A stretch of 64,000 nucleotides of DNA, taken from the NCBI GenBank assembly GCA_976551045.1, contig CDPCPM010000335.1:1364001-1428000 (forward strand), read 5' to 3'. Both the position numbers and the translations under genes were made by a program. This DNA comes from Glaucostegus cemiculus. Lineage: Eukaryota. This document shows positions 60,898 through 64,000 of the stretch, in pieces; the stretch's first letter is position 1; the number at the start of each line of letters is the position of its first letter. The notes beneath the pieces were generated by a model. It saw nothing but the letters and a program-made list of their open reading frames with translations, searched no databases and was not told where the DNA came from.

Positions 60898-61024
60898 CTC
60901 CCGCCTGGAAATGTCCATGAGCACGGCAAAACTAGTCATGTGATTGCACTGGCAGCTGATATGGGATTCATTCCGCAAGACAAGTTCACACCCTTTGGAA
61001 GACCACCCTCCTGTGCCTCCAATC
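60898..61024 (-). CDS. CELSR1: CELSR1 exon (GPS): (A)[42 protein letters not shown]
   Basis: TAATAG acceptor, GTAAGA donor; 127 nt; GPS motif W..GC...C.C.H.TSFAVLM. Confidence 0.97.
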
Positions 61025-61644
61025 CTATTAAAGGAAACAAATGAAGGGATTATAAAAGAACAGAGAACCACCAGCTATATAATGTTTTCAATATTTGCAC
61101 AGTGTTAAATAACTAGCATGTCCAACCAATGGATGTAATTTCTGTTCCATTTTTTCCTTTCAAAGTGCTCACATTACTTTTGAACTAGATCCTGTAGATC
61201 GAGATGATGTTCAAAGCACAGGGGTGCTGTTGCTCATTAGCACTGGATTTGGCAAACTGAGTGTGTAAAATGTGGTAGAGGGTTGTCAGTGGTCCAGAAT
61301 GTTTTTTAGGGCCCTTACTTATGGAAGTCAAACTGAATGCAAATGAAAGCTTTAATTTTGTTTCAAAACAAGCAGTATTACAGTGAAACTCATGTGAAGT
61401 GAGATATTTTAAATGGTTCCCTAAATACAATAGGATTATGCAATTGCTTTTATATTATAGATGATAATTGGTCGGATGGTTACAGAGATTTGTTTTAAGT
61501 TCACTGCATGGCCAAACCTGGTACTTAAAAACAGACTAAGATGTATAATACACCCTTGGCTTTCAACAAGGAATTTTGATTTCTTTTATGCCTCAACATA
61601 CACATAGATAAGATATAAACCAAAGGTTTTTCTGTCTCACTTAC

Positions 61645-61812
61645 GCTAGAGTATGATTCCAAAATACACAGAGGGGCTTGGTCCTTTCCTCCATCACAAG
61701 CAAACGATACTTCAGAGTTATCGGGGTCTCCAACTGTTGAGGCAAATTCTGGTCCTCAGTGTAAACTGTAGCACTTATGATGGGTGTATTTATGACTGGT
61801 CGGTTGGGAACT
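61645..61812 (-). CDS. CELSR1: CELSR1 exon (GAIN): (R)VPNRPVINTPIISATVYTEDQNLPQQLETPITLKYRLLVMEERTKPLCVFWNHTL(A)
   Basis: CTTCAG acceptor, GTAAGT donor; 168 nt, phase 2 to 2. Confidence 0.96.
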
Positions 61813-62434
61813 CTGAAGACCAACAACACATTGATAAGAGCATGCTGAAGCTTTTCAGATATTTCTGGCAAAGCAAGACAAAGTATACAAGAACACCAGA
61901 GGTTTCAATTTCCTCCAACAACCCATAAAAATATCTAAAAGTGAAAACACCATGTAATTACCCTCAAACTTGCATCACAACTTTTTAAAGAAAAATCAAG
62001 GCTAACAGCAAGTCTGCTCCTTGCAGAAGGCAGCTGTGAAATAATTTACCAATACTTTTAGTCAAAAGTCATGAGAATCTACTGGAATGCAAACACCATC
62101 TCTCACTCAGTAGTTACACAATTTACCAATGGTGAATATACACATAAACTATACCTACTGTAAATATCACTTTCTCAAAACAATGAAACTTCAAAGCCCA
62201 TATCTATTTTCAGTTTAGTGCAACTCACCAAGTAATCAGGATTTCCTGAAAGCTGCTATTTTATTTCCCAAAATTGTGATGGTTATTTGAAAATCTGAAT
62301 ATTCAGCACTTCAGCTTTGACTGCTCAGATTAGAACATGATGAAAGGATTATATGTTTTCCAATTTATTTTAGAAAATGCAAGCATAAAATTTGCTACTA
62401 TTCCATAAATTTCACTGTGCAATCGATAGCATAC

Positions 62435-62606
62435 CTCATACTTCTTCGATCAGGATCAAATCGTTCTGGCAAAAGCTGTCCCAGTGATCGATATATAATC
62501 ACTACACCAACTGCATACTGGTGGGATCCATCGGCACTTCTCTTCTGCTTTGCCAAAGCATCTTCTGGCCTCCAACTGCCATTGTGTGTAGAGTGATAAC
62601 CCTGTC
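62435..62606 (-). CDS. CELSR1: CELSR1 exon (GAIN): ..QGYHSTHNGSWRPEDALAKQKRSADGSHQYAVGVVIIYRSLGQLLPERFDPDRRSM(R); 5' boundary uncertain
   Basis: Clear AG|GTATGC donor at 62434; IIYRSLGQLLPERFDPDRRS is conserved; acceptor taken as ACTCCAG (phase 1) but its pyrimidine tract is weak. Confidence 0.8.
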
Positions 62607-63084
62607 CTGGAGTTTCACACAAGGTGTCATTGTAAGAATGGTAAATCAAGGCATTCCTTTCTCACTTTCAGATAAATTATAAGCCTTGAGGAATTTTAAA
62701 AACATCTATACAGATTGCAGCATTTGCTCTATCATAGAATCTCAATGACAATCTCTGACAATGAATCCATCAACATAATGACATTTTTTTTTCTCACCAT
62801 CTTTCTCTCCCAAATTCTTCCCCTCCTCCCAACTATTTCAGCTCTTGGTGGTCTTGCTTGTTTCAGAACCTAAGAGGCCTTTTCTGCATATCAACCTGGT
62901 CAATTCTATGTGTGCAACTGCTTGACTGTGGGTTAATCAGAGCCAAACAAAGATGGTGACCAGGAGTGAGAAGCACAAGTGACTTTCTGCTCCCTGGGAG
63001 AGACATGCTAAGCCACCTGTGACCTGCACACCTGGCCAAAATCAGCTAACTCAGCACAGACAGGAAACTAAAACTGCAAACGTC

Positions 63085-63275
63085 CTGGTCTAACAGACAC
63101 ACAAAATGTTGGATGGACTCAGCAGGTCAGGCAGCATCTATGAAGGGAAATGAACAGTTGATGTTTCGGGCCGAGATCTTTCATCAGGATACACCAGTCT
63201 GACCTGCGGAGTTCCTCCAGCATTTTGTGTGTGTTGCTCCAGATCTCCAGCAACTGTAACCTCTCGTGTCTCCAA
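63085..63275. repeat. palindromic Penelope pLTR-derived element with hammerhead-like core
   Basis: ACACACAAAATGTTGGATGGACTCAGCAGGTCAG ... CTGACCTGCGGAGTTCCTCCAGCATTTTGTGTGT inverted arms; minus strand CTGATGA-AAGATCTCGGCCC-GAAAC at ~63155-63190. Confidence 0.8.
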
Positions 63276-64000
63276 ACACTCTGGTGTATATGATTTAGGA
63301 ACTGAAAAACTATTTAATTACTTCATATTATGTGAGGCAAGCTGCTTTAATATGATTTTTTTTTGCCAAGATATGAATGAGCTGACTCTCGGATGACTGT
63401 GGCAATACCTCATGACAAAGAAATAAAAATAAAACTGTACATGACCTGCCTCACTTGTGAAAGAAAGCAGCTACATACTCAGCAAAGGATTATGAAAAGA
63501 ATCTGTTTTGTTTCATTAATAGCAGAAGTCCCACATCATCAAAGTCATTAGACATTAAAACTGCTGTGAAGCTGAAGTAACACTTCCAGCAAATGCTTCC
63601 CTTCAAAGACTTCAATTTTTCCCATGAACAGTTCTAATGAAAAGCTGAACAATTTATCTGCTATATTAGGAGCCAGTATTCAACTAACATTTATATTCTG
63701 AACAAAGGGAAAGTTCTCAAGCATTCAAGAGCATTTCCTTCAGTGATGAAATTCTATAATCCAAATTTAGCCACATGATGGAAAGAAAAGCATACTGTTC
63801 TGGATGAACTTTACAATTCTTTCTCCTCATCTCCTTCAAGTGGTATATCCACTTACACTATGTTCTATAGGTGCAGCCATCAGCCCACCTGAGGGAACAC
63901 TCATGATGGAACCAGGCACTTTGGCCCATTGAGTACATGACGACAAACATCTATTGTTTGGGCATTATCAGGAAATTCAACTGGAAAAGTAGCATGGTTA

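Larger units (their letters stand above)
31246..62606 (-). other. CELSR1: CELSR1 gene, 3' part (15 coding exons; remainder lies beyond the window end)
   Basis: Exons join in frame into GAIN/GPS, 7TM and tail with CELSR1-type sequences (LPLKIVTY, GILKNKVTYPPPL, GSNETSI); adjacency to TRMU supports CELSR1 over CELSR2/3. Confidence 0.95.

Noticed and set aside
62700-64000. Search for the preceding CELSR1 exon (GTAAGT on - at 63851-63856)
   Set aside because: No CELSR-like translation upstream of that donor; the exon is probably beyond the window

Overview
This is eukaryotic genomic DNA, most likely from a cartilaginous fish (ray/shark), judged from V-SINE/HE1-type, DeuSINE-like, CR1 and Penelope repeats. 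It holds the 3' parts of two convergent spliced genes, in the same tail-to-tail order as human 22q13.31. TRMU (mitochondrial tRNA 2-thiouridylase) is on the + strand: 8 coding exons at 1572-11431, equivalent to human exons 4-11. CELSR1 (adhesion GPCR) is on the - strand: 15 coding exons at 62606-31246, covering the GAIN/GPS domain, 7TM region and cytoplasmic tail ending GSNETSI. All exons were read by hand, with splice sites and phases that join into continuous frames. Introns and the ~18 kb intergenic gap are filled with decayed CR1/L2 LINEs, SINEs, a Penelope-like element, many hammerhead-ribozyme-like Penelope terminal repeats, two Harbinger transposase relics and a G-rich 27-bp minisatellite. 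Most ORFs in the supplied track are spurious. I found no new multi-gene system. The best leads are a cleavage-competent-looking GPS (HM|TSF) in CELSR1, a GC-AG intron, several signs of alternative splicing that would switch the PDZ-binding C-terminus, and palindromic ribozyme-derived repeats. Comparisons to human sequences are from memory, not from database searches.
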